Source: Planctomycetota bacterium
GTDB taxonomy: Bacteria; Planctomycetota; Phycisphaerae; FEN-1346
Direction: 5' to 3'
Length of the DNA stretch: 56,325 bases
Assembly: GCA_026387035.1 (NCBI GenBank)
Contig: JAPLMM010000004.1
Span: 1-56,325 of the forward strand
Under the pieces are notes generated by a model. The model was not told the DNA's origin, made no database searches, and saw nothing but the letters and a program-made list of their open reading frames with translations. The position numbers were made by a program, and so were the translations under genes. Below are positions 1 to 9,146 of this stretch, in pieces (the first letter of the stretch is position 1; every line of letters starts with the position of its first letter).

Positions 1-6
1 CCGGGC

Positions 7-1386
7 ATGGTCGTGTCGTTGACGGAAGACCCGGAGGAGCCGCCGGAAGGGGATCCGAACGGGGTCTTGCGCGGCCTTTACTCGATGACGATCAGCGATG
101 TTCTGGATCCGCACGATCCCGAGGTCACGCTCAAGAAAGTGTCCGGTGAAGGGGACGTTCAGGTTTGGAAGGTGCGCGAAGGGGAGGACCCGGTGCTGAT
201 GCTGGACACGTCCGAAGAGGAATCCACTACCGAGGACGGCGACGGCAATAGCCTGTGGGACCTGCTGAAGGACTGCTCGGACCACGACGTCATCATCACC
301 GGCGTCGAGGCCGGCGAGGTGCAACTGGGCCTGGAATTGACCGTCAAGGGTGCCACCAAAACCAAAGTCGCCATGGACGTGGTGCGAATAACAGTGCTTG
401 AGATGGAATCAACAGAATGGTTGGTCACTCACGATCCCGAGTTCGAGCATCTGTACTGCCAGACCCCCGGCGACCAGGGGCACCCCGAGTGGGCCGGTCG
501 ATTTAAACAGGCCGTCCTGATGGCCAACGAGGCTCTGGTCAAGGTTACCAAGCTCACCGGCATCAACTACAAGGTCAAGCTGTGCTGTAACGACGTCGCT
601 GTGTTCACCCTCGACAAGACCTCCACGCGCTACCAGGAACAGGGCGGCTTCTGCATCTTTCACTTCGAAACAGACGAAGACCAGAACAACGGCGCCGACA
701 CCGATGCCCAAGGCCGCATCTTCGTCGAAGCCACCCTGCTGACACAGGGCATCACGCAGACCGGCGTCAAGTACACGTTCGAACTCTGGGCGAACGAGTC
801 CAAAGTGTGCACGCGAGAGGTCACGATCAAGCCGCTCATCGACCGGCTTGCCACACCCTACAGTCCGTGGCAGCCGACGAACCTGTTCACTGACGGATTC
901 TCGCCATACACACGGCCCGACTACGACGACCATCGCTGGGAAGACACCCCTGTCCGCGAGATGGACGCCGAGGACGGCGACGGCGGAAACCACCACTGGT
1001 ACTTCAACCGCGCCTACGGCATGGCCATCGAGTGCGAATTCACGGATGAACTCAACAACCTCACCGTCAAGGCGAGCGGCGGTGACATCAACGGTGAACG
1101 CACCTACGCCGTGGCTGATGCCGCGATGTACCTCCAGGCGGCCACCGATAGGACCATCGAGTGGGAAGGCTTCGACGACGACTCCGAGAAGATCCACGAC
1201 GTGGCGGACCTCTCGGGGCTCGGTACTCCCTTGGCAACACCCAAGGTCATCCGGGAAAGCGAAGAATACGTCCTCAAGATCAGCGCCAAACGCAAGAAGG
1301 ACACGACGCAGGAACAGGCGTTGGAGTTAAGCCAGATCAAAGTCGACTACCAACTCGAACACACATTCACGGAGGTGACACCATGA
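7..1386 (+). CDS. Hypothetical acidic, beta-rich protein (possible Ig-like repeats)
   Basis: Long ORF with protein-like composition. Its stop overlaps the next start (ATGA at 1383-1386). No catalytic motif recognised. The ATG is 6 nt from the window edge, so the start is uncertain. Confidence 0.55.
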   Translation: MVVSLTEDPEEPPEGDPNGVLRGLYSMTISDVLDPHDPEVTLKKVSGEGDVQVWKVREGEDPVLMLDTSEEESTTEDGDGNSLWDLLKDCSDHDVIITGVEAGEVQLGLELTVKGATKTKVAMDVVRITVLEMESTEWLVTHDPEFEHLYCQTPGDQGHPEWAGRFKQAVLMANEALVKVTKLTGINYKVKLCCNDVAVFTLDKTSTRYQEQGGFCIFHFETDEDQNNGADTDAQGRIFVEATLLTQGITQTGVKYTFELWANESKVCTREVTIKPLIDRLATPYSPWQPTNLFTDGFSPYTRPDYDDHRWEDTPVREMDAEDGDGGNHHWYFNRAYGMAIECEFTDELNNLTVKASGGDINGERTYAVADAAMYLQAATDRTIEWEGFDDDSEKIHDVADLSGLGTPLATPKVIRESEEYVLKISAKRKKDTTQEQALELSQIKVDYQLEHTFTEVTP

Positions 1387-2441
1387 CCAAACCACCCCAC
1401 CTCGCCACGGCATGGGGAATGTGCCTGCTTGGCGCCCTCGGACTCGTCGCGGGCACCGCCCGCGCGGCCGACCCGAGCCTCGTGCCCGTCACCAAGGAAT
1501 TGTGGGAGGACGCCGGCACTCGCGGCATCCCGTTCGCTGTCGTTGTGCCGCCGACCGAGGGCGTCTCCGACCAGGCGACCGCCGCCGTCGAACTGCTGAT
1601 GCCGCCTTTGCAGGCGGCGCAGCGGCACCCGTTCCGCCAGTCGGACCGCCAACTGCTGCTCTACCAGAAGTCTCTCATCGAGTTCGAGCTGATGGCCCAG
1701 GAGAAGGAACTCGAGCCCGGCCCCCACGTCTTTCACCCGCCTGTCGGCAAGGGGCCTACGTTCGATGAGGCCCTCAAGGGGGCCCTCGAAAAGAGCGACC
1801 TCGTCGAAGCCACCGAGCGCCAACTGCCCGACGGCCGCAAGGTCACCGTTTACGTCCCGCGGAAGGACCGCGAGAAAGATTACGCCGAACTGGCCTTCCG
1901 CATGGCCCGAGAGCATCTGCGTAGCCCCAAGAACATTCCCGATCGAGAAACCACCATCGAGGCCGAGGTCGAGGCCGCGGCGGCCATCGTCTGCATCCCC
2001 CGGTACTCGCATCACGAGAGCCAAGCGTGGTCTTACGTCGTGGACGCTTACCTGAACGACAAAGACGGTGATTTGGTTGAGGGCCTCAACCATTTCCTCC
2101 AGTCCCGCGGCGTGTTCGACTGGATCGCCCAGGAGCAACCGAAGCCCGCGTGGGAAACCATTGTGCCTCTCATCGAGAAACAAATCCCCGTCATACTGCG
2201 GCTTCACGAGCCGCTCCTCGAACGCCGCCACGTCACGGTCGTCGGCATCGTCCCGGCCGACCGGTCGCTGATCGTGGCGATGCCGACCGAAGAGAAACTT
2301 TACGACCGGAAACGGGAGGTGGCCCCCTGGGGAACGAAGCGTGTCGCCTGGGCAACGCTCTCGGATCGGGTCGATGCCTTGTTCACACTGGTGCCTACTA
2401 CTAAGGGCGAGAAGAATCGCGATGAGGAGGGCGAGAAATGA
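1383..2441 (+). CDS. Secreted hypothetical protein (signal peptide; possible papain/C39-like Cys...His fold, weak)
   Basis: ATG at 1383 is preceded by GGAGGTG. N-terminus MTKPPHLATAWGMCLLGALGLVAGTARA looks like a Sec signal. ATGA overlaps on both sides. The ORF-track start 1161 lies inside the previous gene. Confidence 0.6.
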   Translation: MTKPPHLATAWGMCLLGALGLVAGTARAADPSLVPVTKELWEDAGTRGIPFAVVVPPTEGVSDQATAAVELLMPPLQAAQRHPFRQSDRQLLLYQKSLIEFELMAQEKELEPGPHVFHPPVGKGPTFDEALKGALEKSDLVEATERQLPDGRKVTVYVPRKDREKDYAELAFRMAREHLRSPKNIPDRETTIEAEVEAAAAIVCIPRYSHHESQAWSYVVDAYLNDKDGDLVEGLNHFLQSRGVFDWIAQEQPKPAWETIVPLIEKQIPVILRLHEPLLERRHVTVVGIVPADRSLIVAMPTEEKLYDRKREVAPWGTKRVAWATLSDRVDALFTLVPTTKGEKNRDEEGEK

Positions 2442-3583
2442 CCGCTTTCCGTGTACTCTTACGGATGGTCTTGGCCGTAACGTTGCTTGCCGCCGGAGCT
2501 CAAGTGGCCTTCGGCTGGCCCGGCCTGAGCCATGTCCTCATCACCCAGGAAGCCGGCTACAACAACCTCAGGTTCTACGCGAACCTGCCCGACACGTACC
2601 CCAGCATGGTCGAGTTAATGCCAAGCAGGTTCTTCGCCTGGACGCACAACCGCCTGACGGGCACTGGCTGGGCCACACCCACGCCGGGCGTCGAGGATCC
2701 GGCCGTCGACATGTGGCTACTGCTGAAGAACAAGCTCAACGCCCTCCAGGGCAATGAGAAAACCGTTGCCGAGAATACCGCTCTCGGCTGGCGAGCCCAC
2801 ATAGCTGCCGACGACGTCGTCCATTTTGAATACTTCCCTGGCGGAGGCGTCAGTGGCATAAACTGGCTGCAGCACGCCCGCATGGAGGCCGAAGTCGACA
2901 TCCTCGTTTACGTCGAGAAGATCTGCGAAAATAACCTCGCCATTGCCTTCAATGTCACGTTCGACGCGCAAGGCAATCGTAACGGCGGCAATGGCAACGT
3001 CAACCGCGGCTTCGCCATCCAATGGCCTGGCCACTGGGGCCTCATCTCACTGGCCGAGTCCGTTTACCTCAAGAACCAACGCCGGACCGACATCACCGAG
3101 CCCGAGACCATCTGGCCCGAGCCGGCGGCTACCGTCCAGACCCGCGCGAACAACGCACGCACGGCGGCGCAGACCACCATCAACAACTGGGAGTTCGAGC
3201 ATGGCGGTGTTCTTGACATGGACTGGACCAACGAGTATACCGAGGCGGTCATTGATTACGGTCAGCTGCTTACGCAGAATGCCGGCGCCGGTGCCACCGT
3301 ACTCCACGTTAAGCACATGTACCCTTGGGAAGTCGGCGAGCAGGTCCGCATCTACACGGCCGACGGCTCCGCGTTCGAAACACGCACCATCACAGCCATC
3401 GATCGGGCCAACCGGACCGTCACCGTGAACCAGGGCCTGACGAACGCCTACACCGGCAACGGCGCGGCAGGGTCCGACTACGTCATGTACATGCCCGACG
3501 ACGACTGGCTCCCGTGGGAGCCCCGGTGGGAAGCGTCGGTCCAGGCCGTTCAGCAACAAGTGGCAGGTCTTCAAGGCCAATGA
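2438..3583 (+). CDS. Zinc-dependent phospholipase C / P1-nuclease-fold-like secreted protein
   Basis: A signal peptide is followed by FG-W-PGLSH, matching the mature N-terminal Trp plus His zinc ligands of this fold. AHIAADDVVH and LQHARMEAE resemble the H-x3-D...H and H-x3-E zinc motifs. SD GGAGGG lies upstream. Confidence 0.5.
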   Translation: MTAFRVLLRMVLAVTLLAAGAQVAFGWPGLSHVLITQEAGYNNLRFYANLPDTYPSMVELMPSRFFAWTHNRLTGTGWATPTPGVEDPAVDMWLLLKNKLNALQGNEKTVAENTALGWRAHIAADDVVHFEYFPGGGVSGINWLQHARMEAEVDILVYVEKICENNLAIAFNVTFDAQGNRNGGNGNVNRGFAIQWPGHWGLISLAESVYLKNQRRTDITEPETIWPEPAATVQTRANNARTAAQTTINNWEFEHGGVLDMDWTNEYTEAVIDYGQLLTQNAGAGATVLHVKHMYPWEVGEQVRIYTADGSAFETRTITAIDRANRTVTVNQGLTNAYTGNGAAGSDYVMYMPDDDWLPWEPRWEASVQAVQQQVAGLQGQ

Positions 3584-4023
3584 AATACGTACTGGCTCGA
3601 ATCGCGATCTGTATTCTTGTGCTTTGCGTCACCCCCTTGGCCGTGTTAGCCGTGTTACTCGGAGGCGGGCCGGGAGACCTGGATTTCCTCCAATCCGGTT
3701 GGGGGCCGATGGGATCTTCGCTGTTTGTCCTTGGAGGACTTTCTCTGTGCTCCTGGTTGGTTGGGGCCATTGCCGCCGCCGTCTGGAAAAAACGGTTTTG
3801 CTTTGCCTGGCGGTGGGGCATCCTTCTGGCTATCACCTCTTTCCTCGTGGTCTTCCTGGGAAGCGTCTTCATCGAGGCCTTGCCGGTGCTCAAGCCATGG
3901 CTTGCGCTTACGGAACGTTTTATCGTCCACACCTTGTTCGCGCTCTTGCCTTCCCAGGTTGCCTTTTGGGGCTTCTCCGGCGTAATGCGAATCGGGTGGA
4001 AGAGGCGACGCGTTGGTTCTTGA
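3580..4023 (+). CDS. Small polytopic membrane protein
   Basis: The ATG at 3580-3582 overlaps the upstream TGA (ATGA). About four hydrophobic helices (ICILVLCVTPLAVLAVLLGG, LFVLGGLSLCSWLVGAIAAAVW, ILLAITSFLVVFLGSVFI, LFALLPSQVAFWGF). Confidence 0.55.
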   Translation: MKYVLARIAICILVLCVTPLAVLAVLLGGGPGDLDFLQSGWGPMGSSLFVLGGLSLCSWLVGAIAAAVWKKRFCFAWRWGILLAITSFLVVFLGSVFIEALPVLKPWLALTERFIVHTLFALLPSQVAFWGFSGVMRIGWKRRRVGS

Positions 4024-4111
4024 GATCTAACTTGCGGACAAGGCTCTATCGCCGGAAGTGAAGGAGAAGAGGCCGCCGCCGGTGGAATAGGGATTGAAGG
4101 AGGGTTGTGTT

Positions 4112-5824
4112 ATGCGAAGCGCCTTGGCTCTGGTGATTCTTGCTGGGGTGGTAATCGCTTCCGGGTGGCTGGCTGCGTCCGCCGCCGAAATCAACCCCGG
4201 TGGCGTGCAAACCTTGCGCCTGCAGGGGACGCCGAGTTGTTACCTGGCGCTGAGCGGCCTCGCCGAGGCGTACAAGAAGGAGCATCCGAGCATCGAGATC
4301 AAGTTCGGCGGGGGTGCTGCGAGCATGGGCGTCACCGCCCTGAAAGAAGGTCGGGCGGATGCGGCCTACGTCGAGTGGCCGCTGCGGAAAATCCTGGGGA
4401 AGATGTGGCCGTCCGATTTTCCCGACATCGCGCAGCCGGGCCCGGAGTGGACCTTCGCCCAGACCGCGCTGGGGTTCGTTGTGAACAAGGGCAATCGCGC
4501 AGGCGCGCTTACCATCGACCAGATTTGCGGCATCTGGTCCGGGACGGTGACGAAGTGGTCCCAGGTCGGCGGATCCGGCACCCCGATCGTGGTTTACACG
4601 ATCCAGCCCTCCCGCCAACTGGCCGGTTCGTTGCTGAGCGATAACCTGCTGGACTACCGGAAGTGGCGCAAAGACCTTCAGAACCTGACCTCCAACCGCG
4701 ACGTCATCGGGGCCGTGGCACAAGACCCGAACGGCATCGGCATCATCGTGATCGGCCCCACGCCGCCGGTGGAAGTCAAACTCCTCTCTGTTGCCAAGGA
4801 CTCGACATCTCAGCCCGTGCCTCCGACCGTTGAGAACATCGTCCTGGGAAAATATCCCGTCGTCCGTGAGTTTCGTTTCGTCTTCTCCGACAAATCGTCG
4901 CCTGCGGTCCGTGAGTTCTGTCAGTTCGCCGTGAGCGACGCTGCGGCTGAGATCGTCCGGGAAAACGGCTACTTCCCACGGGCCACGAAGAACGAGATGC
5001 TGGCCGCGCAGCGTCTGGAGGAGATGAGGGCGGGCAAAGGCGTCAGGATCGAGGCGGTGGGGAGCGTGTACAGCCCGCTTCTGAAGGACCTGGCGACCGA
5101 ATATGTCAAGGCCAAAGCCGTTGTGCAGGTGCAGTACGCGGTGACTGACGAGGCGGCCGCCGTGGGGCAATTCCTGGGCGGCAAGGAACTGCTCCTGCTT
5201 CAGGGGCCTCCGGGCGAGGCGGCCTTAAAGGTGCACGGTGCCAGGTGGGCGGAACTCAAGGTGGAGGCTCACCCTATCGCCGACCGCGCGGTCGCGGTTG
5301 TTACGAGCGTCGTCAACAAAGAAGGGGCGATGACCCTGGATCGCGTCCGCGCCATCTTCGCCGGCGAGGTCGGCCAGTGGGGTGACAGCCTCGCCATGGC
5401 GCAAAAAGACATCCACTGCTATGGGCTTGGCGCCGCCGACCCCATGACCGCGATGTTTTTCTCAGGCGTCATGAGGGGCACGCGGTGCAAGAATCTCCAG
5501 GCGAAGAAGGACACGGCGGGGGTTCTTGCGGCCCTGGCTCTCGACCCACAGGGGATCGCGTTTGTGGACTTAGCGGCCATTCCGCAGGACAGCACGGCCG
5601 TCCGGGTCGTGGCCGTTGGCCCGGCCGGTACGGCCGTGAAACCGAACGGCAAAACGTTGGCCGATGGAACATACCCTTTGTCGAAACCCCTCGTGCTCTA
5701 CGTATCGCCGCGTGCCAGCGAGACGACGAAGGATTTCGTCAGGTTCATCCTTTCCGGCGCCTGCGATGCGGTGTTCCGTCAGCACGGCTTTGTCCCTACC
5801 AGCCAGCCTCCACCGGCCCCCTGA
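4112..5824 (+). CDS. Tandem PstS-family (PBP_like_2) periplasmic substrate-binding protein
   Basis: GAAGGAGG lies 8 nt before ATG 4112. Signal peptide MRSALALVILAGVVIASGWLAASAAE. Two copies of the PstS-type motif are present (LTIDQICGIWSGTVTKWSQVGG and MTLDRVRAIFAGEVGQWGD). The TTG at 4094 in the ORF track is less likely as the start. Confidence 0.75.
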   Translation: MRSALALVILAGVVIASGWLAASAAEINPGGVQTLRLQGTPSCYLALSGLAEAYKKEHPSIEIKFGGGAASMGVTALKEGRADAAYVEWPLRKILGKMWPSDFPDIAQPGPEWTFAQTALGFVVNKGNRAGALTIDQICGIWSGTVTKWSQVGGSGTPIVVYTIQPSRQLAGSLLSDNLLDYRKWRKDLQNLTSNRDVIGAVAQDPNGIGIIVIGPTPPVEVKLLSVAKDSTSQPVPPTVENIVLGKYPVVREFRFVFSDKSSPAVREFCQFAVSDAAAEIVRENGYFPRATKNEMLAAQRLEEMRAGKGVRIEAVGSVYSPLLKDLATEYVKAKAVVQVQYAVTDEAAAVGQFLGGKELLLLQGPPGEAALKVHGARWAELKVEAHPIADRAVAVVTSVVNKEGAMTLDRVRAIFAGEVGQWGDSLAMAQKDIHCYGLGAADPMTAMFFSGVMRGTRCKNLQAKKDTAGVLAALALDPQGIAFVDLAAIPQDSTAVRVVAVGPAGTAVKPNGKTLADGTYPLSKPLVLYVSPRASETTKDFVRFILSGACDAVFRQHGFVPTSQPPPAP

Positions 5825-6178
5825 TCATTTAGGTAGCGGTCTATCCTTGGCGCTGACCGCCAGCCCGAGAAGTCCGGGCGGTCCGTGTGCGTCGTCCGCT
5901 CGTACCGCTTCGCCCCGCCTGGGCGGGTCCGCCTCGGCCTGGAGCATCTCGTTCAAGGTCTCCTCGACGCTCTGGCGGACCATCTCCCCCAGGTGGGCCT
6001 CGGCCTCGTCCACCCGGATCACGCCATCCAGCCCCTTGCCTTCGCCGTCCGTCTTGGTACGATGCGCCATGGGTGCCTCCTTCTGCTGGTCCTTGGGTAA
6101 CTTCTCCAATCCCCAATTCGACCAACTCAGGGGCTACCCGTCTACCTTCCGAAAGTGCGAAACTTATCGTACGTTATC
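5825..6178 (-). mobile_element. Decayed IS256/Mutator-family IS fragment (left end plus transposase N-terminus, frameshifted)
   Basis: Minus-strand ORF MAHRTKTDGEGKGL..MVRQSVEETLNEMLQAEAD matches the right-hand copy. The end sequence 6151-6178 is the exact reverse complement of 7121-7148. Confidence 0.75.
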
Positions 6179-6180
6179 CT

Positions 6181-7125
6181 GTACGTTATCGCGCCGCGAG
6201 GCGTCTCGCGCACCTTGCGCCGGAGCGATTCGAGGACGTCTGCGACCGGCCGGCCGAGACGGTCGATTGGGGCCTCCGCCAGACGGGTGTCCCGCAGGTC
6301 TGGACGGTCACGCGCGGACGGGGCATCAGGGTCGGCGTCCTCGATACGGGCGTCGCGCCCTTCCATCCCGACCTTCAGCCGATCGCCAGGATGAAAGACT
6401 TCACTCTGGCGACCCAGCCCGAATGGGCTAGCGACGACACGGGCCATGGGACGCACTGTGCCGGGATCGTCTGCGCCCGAGCGAACGGCCGGGGCGTCAT
6501 CGGTGTCGCCCCCGAAGCGGAACTGTACGTGGCAAAGGTCATCCGCGGCGACGAGAGCGATGCCAAGAGTGTAGCCGCCGGCATCCGCTGGATGGTAGAC
6601 GAAGGTGTGCGGGTGATCAACATGAGCTTCGCGGCCGAGAAAAGCTATCCGCCGATTCGTCAGGCGGTCACGAAGGCACTGAACGCGGGTTGCTATCTCG
6701 TTGCAGCCGCAGGTAACGAGCCTGGTGGGCCGTTCACGGGCAGCACAGTCCGGTATCCCGCCAGATACGATGGAGTGATCGCCGTCGGATCCGTCGCACT
6801 GGTGAGTAACGACCCCTCGTTACCGCTCGGGGATCGCATAAACGTCTCAGGCCTGTCAGCAACGGGACAGGAACTGGACTTGGTCGCCCCCGGCGTCCGG
6901 GTTTTGAGCACCTATCCCCCGGACAAGTACGCGGTCGCCACCGGAACGAGCCAGGCAGGGGCCTTTGTCGCTGGCGTCGTCGCCCTGGTCCTCGCCAAAC
7001 ATGTCGCCCAAGGCGGCGAGACACCGGTCGAGACACCAGCCCAGATGGTGGAACACCTCAGGCGTTCCGCCATGGACCTCGAACAGCCCGGCTTCGACCC
7101 GCGGAGCGGTTTCGGCCTCAGATAA
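6181..7125 (+). pseudogene. S8 subtilisin-like serine peptidase catalytic domain, bounded by IS ends, start codon missing
   Basis: Catalytic triad motifs VLDTG, HGTHCAG and GTSQAG are present. No ATG/GTG/TTG/CTG lies in frame between the IS end (6178) and the catalytic Asp. The TAA stop at 7123-7125 lies inside the right IS end. The upstream part of ORF 5887-7125 is antisense to the IS fragment. Confidence 0.6.
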
Positions 7126-7650
7126 CGTACGATAAGTTTCGCACTTTCGGAAGGTAGGAAGTAGACGGGTAGCCCCTGAGTTGGTCGAATTGGAGATTGG
7201 AGAAGTTTTCCAAGGACCAGCAGAAGGAGGCTACCCATGGCGCATCGTACCAAGACGGACGGCGAAGGCAAGGGGCTGTCGGACGTGATTCGGGTGGACC
7301 AGGCCGAGGTGAAGGCCCACCTCGGGGAGATGGTCCGCCAGAGCGTCGAGGAGACCTTGAACGGGATGCTCCAGGCCGAGGCGGACCGGCTGTGCCGGGC
7401 CAGGCGATACGAGCGGTCGGCGGAGCGTGCCGACACGCGGGCCGGCCAGTACGCGCGTCGGCTGCACACCAAGGCGGGCGAGGTGACGCTGAAGGTGCCG
7501 AAGTTACGCACGCTGCCGTTCGAGACGCAGATCATCGAGCGGTACCGGCGTCGCGAGTCGAGCGTGGAGGAGGCCCTGATGGAGATGTACCTGGCAGGCG
7601 TGTCGGTGCGGCGCGTGGAGGACATCACCGAGGCCCTGTGGGGGCTTTGT
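7121..7650 (+). mobile_element. IS256/Mutator-family IS fragment (left end plus 5' part of transposase gene)
   Basis: Inverted copy of 5825-6178, with a 7-nt indel and a few mismatches. Similarity to transposase ends after EDITEALWG at about 7647. Confidence 0.8.
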
Positions 7651-7680
7651 CTGGTTTGCAGATTCCGCGCGTCTGGTTGA
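7237..7680 (+). pseudogene. IS256-family transposase, N-terminal about 137 aa only
   Basis: MAHRTKTDGEGKGLSDVIRVDQAEVKAHLGEMVRQSVEETLNGMLQAEADRLCRARRYERS...KVPKLRTLPFETQIIERYRRRESSVEEALMEMYLAGVSVRRVEDITEALWG is a typical IS256 Tnp N-terminus. The DDE domain is absent. Confidence 0.8.
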
Positions 7681-7702
7681 TAAGCCGCCAGTACGGAACG
7701 GG

Positions 7703-8923
7703 ATGTGCATGTCGGATGATTGGTCCGGACGACTTGAGAAGCAGTATCGGTTGTTGGAGGAAGCCAACACCACGCGCTGGAACAAGGACAGGATTCGCTG
7801 GTTCCTCGAGCACTACAAACCCGTCTCCGGCAATCGCAAGGACAAGTACATCCGCAGCTTGCGGCAGATTGCGTGTCTGCTGGGCAAAAGCTTCAACGAA
7901 ATGCAGAAAGAAGACGTGGGCCGGCTCGTCCAGGCGATCGAGAAGGAATCCCGCGAGGAATGGACGTTCGTGGACCGCAAGAAGATACTGAAGACGTTTT
8001 TCAGGTTTTACGTCGAGGATATTGCCGATCGTCCGGAGAAACAGGAGGAGTACCTTCGGCTCGTCCCTGTGCTCAAAGCCGTCAACAAGATCGAGTCCGT
8101 CTACCGCAAGCACAGGCAGAAGAAACTGGTCATTCTGACCCAGGAGGAGTTGCGGGAGTTGTGCCGGGCGGCCAGCGACAGCGCCAGGGAACTGGCCATC
8201 GTGACCATGCTGTATCACACCGGCGTGAGGCCTTCGGAGTTTGTCCGGATGAAGATCGGCGACATCGAAGTCAATGGCGATGGCAGCGTCTATTTCAACG
8301 TTGCCGGCAAGACCGGCTCGCGAAGGTTGCCACTGGCGGCGGACGAGACTGTCGGGCGTACGCTGCTGAACTGGATTAACGAACACCCCCATGGGAGCGA
8401 CAGAGAGAGCTACCTGTTCCTCAACGCGCGGGGAGAGCCGCTGTCGCTGTGCACCCTGTCGCTGATGCTCAGCCGGCTGTCTCAAAAGGCCAGGATAAGG
8501 ACAGTCACCCCGAAGCTGCTCAGAAAGGCGAAACTCTCCCACATGGCTGACGACGGCTACAACGCCTACCAGATAAAGAAATACGCGGGGCACTCGCAGA
8601 TTGAGACGGCCATGTTCTATGTGGAACTTTCCCAGAAGGGCTTCGAGGACGCCATCAGGAAAAAGTACGGAGCCGCAGACAGAACGCGAGCCACCCTGCA
8701 GCCCCAGCGGTGCTGGAAGTGCGGATCCATAAACAGGGCCTTTGACAGGCGATGCGCCGGCTGCGGACGAATGCTGAATCTGGAGGAAGCCTCCAGGGAG
8801 ATATCGGAGAGGTCGGACTTGATTGCCTCCGTAATGACACAGGATATGCTGGACCAACTAGCCCGTCTGGTAGCGGAAAAGCTGAGAGAAACCGCGGCGG
8901 GGACGGGATTGAGCGAAGGTTAG
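7703..8923 (+). CDS. Tyrosine recombinase/integrase with C-terminal zinc-ribbon extension
   Basis: Catalytic-domain motifs are present: LAIVTMLYHTGVRPSEF (Arg), LLRKAKLSHMA, and AGHSQIETAMFYVEL (His...Tyr). The C-terminus carries CWKCG...CAGCG. Confidence 0.8.
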   Translation: MCMSDDWSGRLEKQYRLLEEANTTRWNKDRIRWFLEHYKPVSGNRKDKYIRSLRQIACLLGKSFNEMQKEDVGRLVQAIEKESREEWTFVDRKKILKTFFRFYVEDIADRPEKQEEYLRLVPVLKAVNKIESVYRKHRQKKLVILTQEELRELCRAASDSARELAIVTMLYHTGVRPSEFVRMKIGDIEVNGDGSVYFNVAGKTGSRRLPLAADETVGRTLLNWINEHPHGSDRESYLFLNARGEPLSLCTLSLMLSRLSQKARIRTVTPKLLRKAKLSHMADDGYNAYQIKKYAGHSQIETAMFYVELSQKGFEDAIRKKYGAADRTRATLQPQRCWKCGSINRAFDRRCAGCGRMLNLEEASREISERSDLIASVMTQDMLDQLARLVAEKLRETAAGTGLSEG

Positions 8924-9146
8924 CTGACAGAGCGTGACGAGTACAAAGTCGGGGTGAGATCAAGCGGCTTCACACCCGCCCAGCTCTGAGGGGTGTAAAT
9001 TGCCATCATCCCTAACACTACGCCGAGGATGCCTTGCGTGCTGCTCCGCGGTACCGAAGATATAGTCCACCGTTTCCTGCCAGGTTCGGGCCATTTGAAC
9101 CACAGGAATCCATCACGTTCGGTCTTATGAGCCTTCCCTACGCACG

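Noticed and set aside
5887-6180. ATG-initiated N-terminal extension of the subtilase ORF (MRRPLVPLRPAWAGPPRPG...)
   Set aside because: This part is simply the antisense of the IS256-type transposase fragment and is Pro/Arg/Ser-rich. It is unlikely to be a genuine propeptide or signal.
7625-8857. 410-aa minus-strand ORF opposite the integrase
   Set aside because: It has no motifs, and the plus strand encodes a recognisable tyrosine recombinase.
8924-9146. Searched integrase-flanking gaps (also 9780-10025, 43237-43424, 44085-44399, 53690-54236) for tRNA genes or T-loop motifs (GTTCGAATC-like)
   Set aside because: I found no cloverleaf-compatible sequence or conserved T-loop, so no tRNA is called.
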